Part shown: positions 42,061-51,859 of the stretch, piece by piece
Position numbering within the stretch: the stretch's first letter is position 1
Layout: every line of letters begins with the position of its first letter
NCBI GenBank assembly: GCA_963835065.1
Contig: CAWIEK010000049.1
Location: 480,001-544,000 of the forward strand
Origin: an uncultured Chthonomonadaceae bacterium
Lineage (GTDB): Bacteria > Armatimonadota > Chthonomonadetes > Chthonomonadales > Chthonomonadaceae
Length of the DNA: 64,000 nucleotides
Direction: 5' to 3'
Program-made: the position numbers and the translations under genes
Notes under the pieces: generated by a model
Told to the model about the DNA's origin: nothing
Database searches by the model: none
The model's input: the letters and a program-made list of their open reading frames with translations, nothing else

Positions 42061-43490
42061 CGCCTGTCTCGTCTGCCTCGTCGTCCGCTTCGATTTCTTC
42101 CCCGATGGTTTCCCACTCTGCCGCCGATTCCGAAACCGGAAAGTTCACGCCGCGCACGTCTATCTTTCCGGTGACAACATCGGCAATCAGGCGGGTACGG
42201 TACTCACGGATAAGTTCGATCTCGCATGTTGGCTTTATCTATTGCCATGCGTAATCCGCGCTGTCTCTACTCAATATAGGAATAATCTGATCCTTCCAAC
42301 ATCGGCCTTGCTCGTCAATTGACGGAACCGGGATGGTTATTGCCATTAAGCGGTCTTTGGTGAGTTTCGGTTGCGCGGCTCCGGTAATCCAAGGTCGGTA
42401 ATTTAGAGTTTCCATGACGAGAGCAAGGTATTCAAGTCTACCGCTTTTCGGCTTGAGAAAGTGCGCGTGATTGTTGACCCAAAATTTTCCTCGTGCGATA
42501 ATAGCGAGTGGCAGATTGCGAAGAACAAGATTCGCTCCCATCTACAATGGCAATTCACCAAGTAGGTTGTCTTCAAAGAGATAGACGTCACTTGTCAATT
42601 GCGGCTGACTGCGCCATAGTACTGTCATATTCTGCCGCAGATGTCATTCCTACGCCCGCTCATAATGCCATAAGCGTTGGGATGCGGCGCGTGATAAGGA
42701 AAACGCCACTTTCAGTTTTGTTCGGTGTCTTGCCTCTGTAATCAACTATCGAACTACCAACTTCGTAAGTGCTGTACTTGCCAATGCGCGGGGATGTCGC
42801 CGAGCCAGTCTACGCCGGAAGGCTTGCGGGGCGCGTCGGGGTCAAGGCCGACGGTGACGGCGCGGTGAATGACGGCCTGTTTCTGCTCGTGCAGGAGTTC
42901 GATCAGGCGGCGTTTGGCTTTGATGAGACGGTTTACGCGGTGGTCAGTGTGTTCGAGAAAACGTACAATAGCGTCTTGTTCGTCACGCGGAGGGCAGATA
43001 AGGCCTGAATGCGAAACGCTCGTATGTAAAGGCGTCAATGCCACTTCCCAACTCCGGTTAGAACGCTGTTCAGATTGGTCACATAATGCTGGCTGACTTG
43101 AATAAGTACTCGATAGTACCGCGGCATTGCCGTTTCCATGGGGGCGATAAACACGTGTACGCAGGACTAACAAGGCCATTTGCCGCGAGAACGGCGCATA
43201 CTCCATTCCACGCCAGCAGAGGTTATACGCAAGATCATTCGCGTCGTACTATCTCGTAGTTTCACCAGATGACGACTGTCTGCGAGTTCAATACTCGCTT
43301 TCATTCATCCAGGCGCGACGCCTGAATATTGGGATAGCCGACAGTATCTGAGCCGTCTTCGGATACGCCTGAGTTTACCTTCGTAAATAACAGATCTTAA
43401 CGACGCATATCGCCAATGCGCGGGTATCTGTCCAAGCCATTCGACGCCGGAGTTTTTGTAGGTAGAATAAGGTTTTAGACAAAGACTCAT
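42020..43490 (-). CDS. hsdS: Type I R-M specificity subunit; both TRDs disrupted in this sequence
   Basis: LKPYSTYKNSGVEWLGQIPAHW, central PPRDEQ...KPSGVDWLGDIPAHW, C-terminal EYRTRLIADVVTGKIDVR; stop at 42020-42022. Confidence 0.85.
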
Positions 43491-43531
43491 TGTGATTTTC
43501 CAATTGGGAGCGATACCGGATGTAGGATCGA

Positions 43532-44509
43532 TACGGGGCAATCACGGCGGATTGCCCGTACCGCCGTTTATCTCTATCTATTGCGCTGCCAATGTAGGGG
43601 CAACCCCCTGTGATTGCCCTGCTATCAATTGGGCCGTGTTGGGGCAATCACGGGAATCAGGGCAATCACGGGAATCAGGGCAATCACGGGAATCAGGGCA
43701 ATCACGGGGGATTGCCCCTACGCATGGTTTGTGTTCTCGGCGTCCTTGTCCCATTGACCGGGATTGTTTTCGATGTAGGCGCGTATGGAATTGAGCGATA
43801 CCTCGTTGCGGACGATGTGTTCGTAATAGTTGCGTTGCCAGAGCCGTCCGGCGTAGGGTGTCCATCCCTGCCCCTTAACGCCGTCCGTGTACCGTTTCGT
43901 TGTCATGGTTTTGAAACGATGCACCACGTCCGGCAAGGACATGGTAGGGACAATCCCCCGTGATTGCTCCCGTTCCAATGATTGCTCCCGTTCCAATGAT
44001 TGCCCTGCTTCCCGTGATTGCTCGGTAGGTACAGGGGCAACCACAGGGGGTTGCCCGTACACTATTGAGTCACGATTTTGTGCCTGCCCGGTATTATTTA
44101 CCGTTTCCGGCGCGTCGTTGGGCGTCAAAACAATGATACCGTGAAAATGGTTGGGCATGACTACGAAGGCGTCCGTATCCACGCCATAATAGAAAATGGA
44201 CAATTCCTGCCAGATTGTTTCTATCATGCGGCCTGCGTCATTGAGAAGCATCTGCCCGTCAATGATCTCGCCGAACAGATTTTCCCGGTTCTGGACGCAG
44301 AACGTAACGAAGTACGCTCCGGCGCGAGTGTAGTCGTACCCTTTCAATCGAATAGAACGGCGATGATGTTGGTCTGGATCATGTTTTGTGGTCATGCCTG
44401 CGCCTTCGTTCGTAATGGGGGCAACCACGGGGGGTTGCCCCTACACGGTATTGTTTCGTTAATTATAACGGCAATGACATGGTACGGGCAACCCCCGTGG
44501 TTGCCCCTA
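43532..44509. repeat. REP cluster around and inside the RAYT gene
   Basis: GTAGGGGCAACCCCC(T/C)GTG(A/G)TTGCCC-type palindromes near 43535, 43594, 43696, 43944, 44035, 44417 and 44482; 18-bp tandem gggcaatcacgggaatca x3. Confidence 0.9.
43718..44395 (-). mobile_element. REP-associated tyrosine transposase (RAYT, Y1/HUH)
   Basis: HRRSIRLKGYDY, FVVMPNHFHGII (HUH), LWQRNYYEHIVRN, YIENNP. Confidence 0.92.
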
Positions 44510-44819
44510 ATGACCTCACCCGGTAGCCCACCGAAATAATGACATCGAGGTTGTAGTAAGCGGAACGGTATCTTTTGCTATCGGCGGCAGTTGTCAAGTA
44601 ATACTTGACAACTGAATCTTCCTCCAACTCCCTTTCCGCAAAAATGTTACGAAGGTGCAGGCTGATATTCTGTTTTGTGGTCTGGAAAAGTTCCGACATC
44701 TGAGCCTGAGACAGCCAGACCGTCTCTCCCTCCAGACGCACTTCGATCTGCGTTTGCAGGTCTTCCGTTTGGTAGAGGATCAGTTCGGATTGTGGGGGAT
44801 TCTCATTGGCTTCGTTCAT
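44463..44819 (-). pseudogene. rhuM: RhuM-family protein, C-terminally truncated at a REP
   Basis: ETVWLSQAQMSELF...YYNLDVIISVGYRVRS, then REP-derived sequence. Confidence 0.8.
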
Positions 44820-46891
44820 TCTGCCGCCTCCGTTTCAATCAGGATTTCGCCAAGCAAACCTTCGGTTTCGCGCTCTAAGGCTTCTATGTCGGCGCGTATG
44901 GCGTCCAGCGAACGCAAGGGCTGCGGTTTGTAGAAATAGCGCGTGAACGAGATTTCATAACCGATTTTGGTGGCGTCCGTATCTATCCATGCGTCGGGAA
45001 CGTAGGGCTGCACTTCGCGGCAGAAAAAGGCTTCGATGCCGCCCGGTTCCAGAAGCGGAACCTGCTCCGTATCGCGCAATTCGGGGTCGGGTTCGTACTC
45101 GGTCGCGCCCCTGATGCGCCGAACAATGGGCGCGGCGGTTTCGTCTCGGACGGCAAGCGCGGACTGCAGCAGTTTCAAGCGCTTGGCCGGCAGCTTCACG
45201 CCCTGTTTGGCTGCGTCCCGCGCGATGGCCTCCGAAAACACGTTGTAGTCGGGATGGGGGCCGGGGCCGAGTGTGGCGGCAACGCGCTCCACGAGTGGCG
45301 CCAGCGGTTCCTCTTTCGCGTCCGCGCAGGCCGTCCGAAACGCAGCAAGACGCTCCGGCGACAGAGTTACGGACAGCCGCAGAGGACGCTCGACCGTGAT
45401 TTTCCAGTACCCGAACGCCTCATTGGGGAAAATCCGGCTTTGCGGGGTTTCTTCAAACTTGAGAAACGTATCCAGAATACGCTGCTGATCGGCATGGGAC
45501 AGTTCGCAGTTTTTCTTGCCCAGGTTTTTGCGCAGGGGCTTGAACCATTGCGTGGCGTCAATCAACTGCACCTTGCCGCGTCGGTGGTCGGGCTTGCGAT
45601 TGGACAGCACCCAGATATAGGTGGCGATGCCCGTATTGTAGAAGATATTGAGCGGCAGGGCGATAATGGCTTCCAGCCAGTCGTTTTCGCAAATCCAGCG
45701 GCGGATATTGCTTTCTCCCTGTCCCGCGTCACCGGTGAACAGGGATGAGCCATTATGGACTTCGGCGATGCGGCTGCCGTGCGGCGCGTCCGGCTTCATC
45801 TTGGACAGCATGTTGACCAGAAACATCAACTGCCCATCGGAAGAGCGCGTCAGCAGGCTGTATTCCGGGTCGCCCGCGTGGGTGATCATAAAGCGCGGGT
45901 CGCTCATGTTCTTCTTGCCGTCCCATCGGTTGAGATCGGCCTGCCAACTTTTGCCATACGGCGGATTGGAGAGGAGAAAATCAAAGCGGCGGTTGTGGTA
46001 TTCGTCCTGTGAGAGGGTGGAGGCCAGGCGGATGTTATCGGCGTCCGCGCCCTCGCCTTTGAGCAGCAGATCGGCTTTGGCAATGGCATAGGTTTCCGGG
46101 TTCACTTCCTGCCCGTACAGGTGAATGGAGGGCGTCACGCCGCGCTGCGCGGCCAGTTCCAATAGCCGCTCCTCGGCAACCGTCAACATTCCGCCCGTGC
46201 CACAAGCCCCGTCGTAAACGTGGTAACTTCCCGGCGTGATTTTGTCGGCAATCGGCAGCAGAATCAAATCCGCCATCAGCCGCACCACGTCGCGGGGCGT
46301 CCAGTGTTCCCCGGCCTCCTCGTTGTTGTCTTCGTTGAATCGGCGTATCAGCTCCTCAAAGATCGTTCCCATCGAATGGTTGTCAAGACCGGGCAGGCGT
46401 TCCGTGCCGTCGTCGTTCAGAACGGGGTTGGGCGACAGGTTGATTTTATCGCTGAGAAACTTGTCCAGCAGGCCACCGATAAGGTCAGCCTCCGCCAGAT
46501 GCGGTATCTGGTTGCGAAACTTGAACTTGTCCAGAATGGTACGCACGTTCTCGGAATAGCCGTCCAGGTATTCCTCGAAGTCGGCTTTCAACTGCGCCTG
46601 TTTCGTCTGCTTCTTCAAATCGCGCAGGGTAAACTTCGACGTGTTATAGAACGCCTGCCCTGCCTCGGAGCGCAGGGCGGCTTCCTTATCAATGACGCCT
46701 GCATTGTCGAGCATCGCGTTCATAGCGAGAACCGCCTGCTTGGTGTCTTCCAGCAGGGCGTCTAAGCGGCGCAGAACCGTCATCGGCAAAATCACGTCAC
46801 GGTATTTGCCGCGCACATAATAATCGCGCAGCACATCGTCGGCGATATTCCAGATAAAGCTAACAAGACTGCTATGCAGTGCCTGATCCAA
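44816..46891 (-). CDS. hsdM: Type I R-M methyltransferase subunit
   Basis: FIWNIADDVLRD, AGEHWTPRDVV, YDGACGTGGML, NPPY. Confidence 0.95.
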   Translation of the reverse strand: MDQALHSSLVSFIWNIADDVLRDYYVRGKYRDVILPMTVLRRLDALLEDTKQAVLAMNAMLDNAGVIDKEAALRSEAGQAFYNTSKFTLRDLKKQTKQAQLKADFEEYLDGYSENVRTILDKFKFRNQIPHLAEADLIGGLLDKFLSDKINLSPNPVLNDDGTERLPGLDNHSMGTIFEELIRRFNEDNNEEAGEHWTPRDVVRLMADLILLPIADKITPGSYHVYDGACGTGGMLTVAEERLLELAAQRGVTPSIHLYGQEVNPETYAIAKADLLLKGEGADADNIRLASTLSQDEYHNRRFDFLLSNPPYGKSWQADLNRWDGKKNMSDPRFMITHAGDPEYSLLTRSSDGQLMFLVNMLSKMKPDAPHGSRIAEVHNGSSLFTGDAGQGESNIRRWICENDWLEAIIALPLNIFYNTGIATYIWVLSNRKPDHRRGKVQLIDATQWFKPLRKNLGKKNCELSHADQQRILDTFLKFEETPQSRIFPNEAFGYWKITVERPLRLSVTLSPERLAAFRTACADAKEEPLAPLVERVAATLGPGPHPDYNVFSEAIARDAAKQGVKLPAKRLKLLQSALAVRDETAAPIVRRIRGATEYEPDPELRDTEQVPLLEPGGIEAFFCREVQPYVPDAWIDTDATKIGYEISFTRYFYKPQPLRSLDAIRADIEALERETEGLLGEILIETEAAE

Positions 46892-47008
46892 TCGGTTCTC
46901 CTCCCCTGAATTCCCCGTGTTCTCCGTGTTCCCCGTGGTTTATCTTCTCTTGTGTTTTTCTCTGTGACCCCTCTGTGTCTCTGTGCCTCTGTGGTGAAGG
47001 GTTCTCTC

Positions 47009-48421
47009 CTACTCCCCCGTGACGCCTTCCACCTGCCCCCGGTAATTGGGCGCGGACAGGGCGGCGGCTTCCACGGCTTCGGGGAAACTCGGATAGGCAT
47101 GCATGGTGTCGGCGATTGACGTGACCGGTAAGTGGTGCTTCATGCAGATGGCGAGTTCCGCGATGATGCTGGATGCCTGCGGGCCGATGAGATGCGCCCC
47201 TAAAATCTGGCCGTCCAGTTCGTCCAGCACCAGTTTCACCATGCCTTTGGGTTCGCCGTACAGAATGGCGCGGTCCAGATCGGCGAACGAGAACGTCCGC
47301 GTCACCACATCCATATCTTTTTCGCGGGCTTCTTTTTCCGTGCAGCCGATGCTGGCGACTTCGGGGTGGATGTAGGTGCAGCGCGGCACGACGCGGTGAT
47401 CGAACGGTTCCGGCTTGTCGGCAAAGGCGTTCATGGCGACAAGTTTGCCCTCATAACTGGCGACGTGCGTGAACAGATACCCGCCCGCAATATCGCCCGC
47501 CGCCCAGATATGCGGCACTGACGTGCGCAAATAGTGGTCGGTCTTGATGTGGCGCGGGTCGGAGTCAAGGCCGGTTGCGCCGATGTTCAATCCCTCGAAC
47601 GCGCCCATGCGCCCAATCGCCACCAGTATCTCGTCGCAGACCAAATCCTCGCTGCCGCCCGAATGGTGAACGCGCACCTGCTTGGCAGCCACGCCGTTCT
47701 GCACCTTCTGAACATTCTCCACCTTTACGCCCGTCAGGATACGTATCCCCTCTTCGGTCAAGAACTGTGCCGCTAAACGGGCAATGTCCTCATCTTCGCG
47801 GGGCAAAACGCAGCTATCGCGCTCCAAAACGGTCACTTCCGCGCCGAACCGCCGAAACACCTGCGCGAATTCCAGTCCAATCGGCCCCGCGCCCAAAATC
47901 ACCATGCGCTTTGGCAGCGATTCTAAATGCACGGCCTCGCGGTTGGTAATGAAGCCGGTTTCCACCAGTCCGGGAATCGGGGGCACGGCGGGCACGGTTC
48001 CGGTTGCTATGATAATCTGCTTGCCCGTGACAACCTCATCCCCCATGCGGACTTCATGCGGCCCTTCAAACTGCGCCCGCGCCTTGAAGAACGCGCCGCC
48101 CATTTTGCCCAGCCCGCCGTCCAGCGAGGGCGAATCGCCTTCTATCCGGCGCACCGCGCGTTCCTTATAAGCCATTGCGTCGGCAAAGTCGGCTTTGGTA
48201 ACATCCACGTGGATGCCGAACTCCTGCGCGTTGCGTACCGTGTGCCACACTTCCGCCGCGCGCACCATCGCCTTTGTCGGCACACAGCCGGCCCAAAAAC
48301 ACTCGCCGCCCACTTCGCGCTCTTCGGCCATCGCCACTTTGCGGCCCAATTTGGCGGCGGTCCGCGCGGCCTTCAGTCCCGCCGAACCGCCCCCAATAAC
48401 AACCAGATCAAACTCCTGCAC
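47009..48421 (-). CDS. Pyridine nucleotide-disulfide oxidoreductase (dihydrolipoamide dehydrogenase / mercuric reductase-like)
   Basis: IGGGSAG, GGECFWAGCVPTK, HAYPS. Confidence 0.88.
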   Translation of the reverse strand: MQEFDLVVIGGGSAGLKAARTAAKLGRKVAMAEEREVGGECFWAGCVPTKAMVRAAEVWHTVRNAQEFGIHVDVTKADFADAMAYKERAVRRIEGDSPSLDGGLGKMGGAFFKARAQFEGPHEVRMGDEVVTGKQIIIATGTVPAVPPIPGLVETGFITNREAVHLESLPKRMVILGAGPIGLEFAQVFRRFGAEVTVLERDSCVLPREDEDIARLAAQFLTEEGIRILTGVKVENVQKVQNGVAAKQVRVHHSGGSEDLVCDEILVAIGRMGAFEGLNIGATGLDSDPRHIKTDHYLRTSVPHIWAAGDIAGGYLFTHVASYEGKLVAMNAFADKPEPFDHRVVPRCTYIHPEVASIGCTEKEAREKDMDVVTRTFSFADLDRAILYGEPKGMVKLVLDELDGQILGAHLIGPQASSIIAELAICMKHHLPVTSIADTMHAYPSFPEAVEAAALSAPNYRGQVEGVTGE

Positions 48422-48545
48422 GTTCGTTCCTTTCGAGGAGGTAGTCAGTAGTCAGTAGTCAGTAGTCAGTAGACAATGCTCCTCTACTCATAACTTTAGT
48501 TGTCAAAACAGTCTTGCAGGAGCAGGCATTTCTACTGACTACTGA

Positions 48546-49370
48546 CTACTGACTACTGACTACTTCTACTATGCTCGTTAATGCCGCCCGGATCGCCCGA
48601 TCCCAGTAGGGCAGCGTGTGATGGCCCGACGTTTCGACATAAGTGTGCCGGTAGCCGAGGAAGTCGAGATGCTGATGGAAGCGGCGGTTCGCTTCTAAGA
48701 GGGGGTCTTCCACGCCGCAGGCAAGGTAGAGATTGGGGCGGGCGGGGGGCCATGTGGAAAGCGCGTCTTCGGCCAGCGCGAACACATTGGACGCGCGGCG
48801 CAGGGCGGCGTTTTGCTGCGGGTCGCCGAAAACAGGATGCGGTTCTTTGGCGCGGGTGATTTCAAACGCGCCGCTGAAACTCAGCGCCAGCGAAAACATC
48901 TGTCCGTACTTCAGCGCGATTTTCACGGCTCCCTGCCCCCCCATGCTCATGCCGCCAATCGTCCAATTTCTGCCGGGGGAAAGCAGGGGCAGGGTTTGCT
49001 GAAGATGCGGGACAAAATCCTGCATCAAGTCGTCCTCATAATTGGCCTGCCCGTCGTAAGCGTTCGTGTACCAGCCCTGAGCGCCTTCGGGAAAGGCAAT
49101 AAACAGGTTGTACGCGGCGGCATAGCGGGCAAGGCGCGTATGTTCCGGCCACGTACGATAATCGCCTTTCCGTCCGTGCAGCAAAATCAGCAGGGGGAAG
49201 CGCGTATCCGGCGGCGTTTGTTCCGGCTCAAATCCGGGCGGCGCAAAGTAACCGTAAGGCTGTTCGCGTCCCAATGCGCGAGAAAAATACGCGCTTGTAT
49301 GCAGGGGAAGCGGCGTTACGTCATTCACCGCCGAATCATTGTGACGAACGGGCATTGCTAAAAACCTCAT
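48546..49370 (-). CDS. Alpha/beta hydrolase esterase
   Basis: LLHG, GMSMGG, CGVED, GHH. Confidence 0.85.
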   Translation of the reverse strand: MRFLAMPVRHNDSAVNDVTPLPLHTSAYFSRALGREQPYGYFAPPGFEPEQTPPDTRFPLLILLHGRKGDYRTWPEHTRLARYAAAYNLFIAFPEGAQGWYTNAYDGQANYEDDLMQDFVPHLQQTLPLLSPGRNWTIGGMSMGGQGAVKIALKYGQMFSLALSFSGAFEITRAKEPHPVFGDPQQNAALRRASNVFALAEDALSTWPPARPNLYLACGVEDPLLEANRRFHQHLDFLGYRHTYVETSGHHTLPYWDRAIRAALTSIVEVVSSQ

Positions 49371-49401
49371 GAACACCGTCCCAAATCTGTTATAATAAAT
49401 T

Positions 49402-50241
49402 GTGAACGACGAACTTTTCCTCAAACAACTGGATGACAATATCCCGCAGATGGACAGTACCCGGCATACCCGCACTCCTGCCGACGACCAGCAATTTCAG
49501 CAGGCGCTTCATGCCCGCGCCTGGGAGTCGGAGCGTACACAGCACATCATCTGGGAACTGCCTGCCAATCCCCGTTTTCAGGTGACGCGCGGCGGCTTGC
49601 GGCGGGATTGGACATGGCTGCGCCCCATAGCGGCGAACATCGCGTTTTTGAGCCTGTTTATTTTTACGCTGATGTTATGGCCTCATTCTCACCCACGCCC
49701 CGCGTCTTCCGCTATCCCTTCACAACCTGTAGTTCCTGCCGCGCAGGTCCACTTTGCCGTCCTCCCCTGCCGCTTATCGCGTGGCGGCGACAAACTGGCA
49801 GTCAAGTTCCCTGAGAACAAACCTTCGCCCCGGCTATTCTCCCGTTGCGCGTTCGTTCCCGGCAAGGCCGTCGCTGTATGCGGGCAATCCCATCCACGAT
49901 TATACGCCCGCGCGCCCCGCAATTCCATTCCACGCCACCAGTTACCGGGTTGCGCCATCCGCCCCTATCGCCAGCAGCATCCCCGCCCTGCAATCTCCCT
50001 ACTGAGGCGTTTACAAGCGCCCCGACGCGATGCTTGTAAATCGCTGCTTGTGTATTGTACTCCAAAGGGTTTTTCCTGTCTACTTGCGCTTTGCAGTGGC
50101 AATAAAATGCTGTCTGTGCCGCGTACATATCTTCCTTTCCGCCGGTTCAGCAATGCTCGCCTGTCCACTTCAACACAGGAATATCGCCCGTGCGGCAAAA
50201 GAATCCAAATAAATTTACATCTAGGGGCATTAACCTCTTGA
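49402..50241 (+). CDS. Hypothetical membrane protein; 3' part uncertain
   Basis: Plausible N-terminus with one TM (IAANIAFLSLFIFTLMLW); the remainder may be out of frame. Confidence 0.35.
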   Translation: MNDELFLKQLDDNIPQMDSTRHTRTPADDQQFQQALHARAWESERTQHIIWELPANPRFQVTRGGLRRDWTWLRPIAANIAFLSLFIFTLMLWPHSHPRPASSAIPSQPVVPAAQVHFAVLPCRLSRGGDKLAVKFPENKPSPRLFSRCAFVPGKAVAVCGQSHPRLYARAPRNSIPRHQLPGCAIRPYRQQHPRPAISLLRRLQAPRRDACKSLLVYCTPKGFSCLLALCSGNKMLSVPRTYLPFRRFSNARLSTSTQEYRPCGKRIQINLHLGALTS

Positions 50242-50362
50242 CAACCTACCGCTAGGGATGATATTATCTTCTCAGGCCGTATTTAGATACAATTTTGAAC
50301 AGATCACGGGAATAATACAGACAGGTAGCGTTGGAAGGCGCGATTACCGCTAGATATAGGCC
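50213..50362 (+). promoter_or_regulatory. Sigma70 promoter overlapped by NrdR-box-like sites
   Basis: TTGACA 50238-50243, TATTAT 50262-50267; tacatctaggg (50216) and taccgctaggg (50247) 31 bp apart; third site cgctagatataggc near 50348. Confidence 0.65.
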
Positions 50363-50448
50363 ATCGTAGGGTGGAAAGCAAAAGTTCGCGCGCTTGTCGG
50401 CAAGCAGTCGCTTTCTCACATAAAAGCAGGCAGGAACCATTGTAACGT

Positions 50449-50922
50449 ATGAAGTGTCCGTTCTGCGGCATTGTCAACCGGGATCGCGTGCTGGAAACGC
50501 GCACGCTCAATGAAGGAGCCTCCATCAAGCGACGGCGCGAATGTGAACATTGCGGTCGCCGCTTCACCACGATGGAGGAGATCGAAGAACTGCAGCTTTT
50601 TGTGGTCAAAAGCGACAATCGCCGCGTACCCTTCGACCGCAACAAGATCGTCGAGGGCATGCGGCTGGCCTGCAAAGGCCGCAAAAACATCGAGATGCAA
50701 ACGCTGGAAGAAGCCGCCGCCGACATCGAGCGGATGCTGTACAACCGCCTGGAAAAAGAAGTCCCGTCCCGCGAAATCGGCGAACTGGTAATGGACAAAC
50801 TCAAAGCCATTGATCAGGTAGCCTATGTGCGCTTCGCTTCCGTGTACCGCCAATTTGAGGACGCCACGCAGTTCAAGGAAATCGTCAACATGCTGCGGCG
50901 GCGCAATACGAAGAAGTCGTAA
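50449..50922 (+). CDS. nrdR: Transcriptional repressor NrdR
   Basis: MKCPFCG, RRRECEHCGRRFTTME, ATP cone, VAYVRFASVYR. Confidence 0.97.
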   Translation: MKCPFCGIVNRDRVLETRTLNEGASIKRRRECEHCGRRFTTMEEIEELQLFVVKSDNRRVPFDRNKIVEGMRLACKGRKNIEMQTLEEAAADIERMLYNRLEKEVPSREIGELVMDKLKAIDQVAYVRFASVYRQFEDATQFKEIVNMLRRRNTKKS

Positions 50923-51077
50923 AGGGTGTCGGGTATTCGGTGTTGGGGTGTTCGGAAGCGCTCACCTTCGCGCACTGATTTGAGCGGAAGTACACGGGTT
51001 GTTACTACAAATTTTAGCCTGCCGAATACGAACATCTGCAACTGCCCGAACACCCAACACCTGAACACCGAACACCG

Positions 51078-51728
51078 ACAAGCGCCATTCTGTTCGACCT
51101 TGACGGGACGCTCGTGGACACGCACGGCCTGATTATGCAGTGTTACGAGCATACGATAGAAACGCATTTGGGGCGTCCGATGCGGCGCGAGATTTGGGAG
51201 CGGCTTGTCGGCCTGCCATTGGACAACACGCTGACGGAAGTATGCGCGTTTTACGGCGTGGAACGGACGCCCGCATTGCTCAACGCCCTGCGGCAAACGT
51301 ACCGCGCCCACATGCGCGACAACTGCGACGGCATACGCGCCTTTCCCGGCATAGTGGAAATGCTGAACGGCCTGCGCGAACGGGGGCTGCGCATGGCGAT
51401 TGTCACGACCAAGTTCCGGCACATGGCGACGCGGCATCTGGAAACATCGGGACTGACGGAGTATTTCGAGTTCATCGTTCCCGGCGACGAAGTGACCAAC
51501 GCAAAGCCGGACGCGGAGCCATTTGTACGCGCTTTAGAATTGCTCCATCTTGCGCCCGAACACGTCGCGCACGTCGGCGACAGCAGCCACGACATCACAG
51601 GCGCAAAAGCCGCCGGCATCTACGCCATCGCTGCCCTGTGGGGCACGGACAACAAAGAAGCCCTGCTTTCCGCCGCTCCTGATTTGATTGCAGCAGCGCC
51701 GGGGGAGTTGATACCGGCAAGATATTGA
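51078..51728 (+). CDS. HAD family phosphatase; start codon unclear
   Basis: In-frame AILFDLDGTLVD upstream of the called GTG; KPD and VGDS motifs. Confidence 0.85.
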   Translation, partial: TSAILFDLDGTLVDTHGLIMQCYEHTIETHLGRPMRREIWERLVGLPLDNTLTEVCAFYGVERTPALLNALRQTYRAHMRDNCDGIRAFPGIVEMLNGLRERGLRMAIVTTKFRHMATRHLETSGLTEYFEFIVPGDEVTNAKPDAEPFVRALELLHLAPEHVAHVGDSSHDITGAKAAGIYAIAALWGTDNKEALLSAAPDLIAAAPGELIPARY

Positions 51729-51859
51729 CAATGTAAACTGTTGACATGACCAGCAGCCTTGTCCTCCATAGTGTTTGCTGCCTTCAGCCATTTTGTTCTC
51801 ATCCATTGTTCGTTACCGTTTATGGTAACTCAACGTAACTCGAAAGGGAGTTCGCACCC

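Noticed and set aside
43642..43721. 18-bp tandem repeats as a mini-CRISPR or iterons
   Set aside because: No spacers; the units are partial copies of the adjacent REP.
47009..48421. Mercury resistance gene merA
   Set aside because: No C-terminal Cys-Cys pair, no N-terminal metal-binding domain, and no mer operon neighbours.
51729..51859. Cobalamin riboswitch upstream of nrdJ
   Set aside because: The interval is short and I could not find the conserved B12-box elements.
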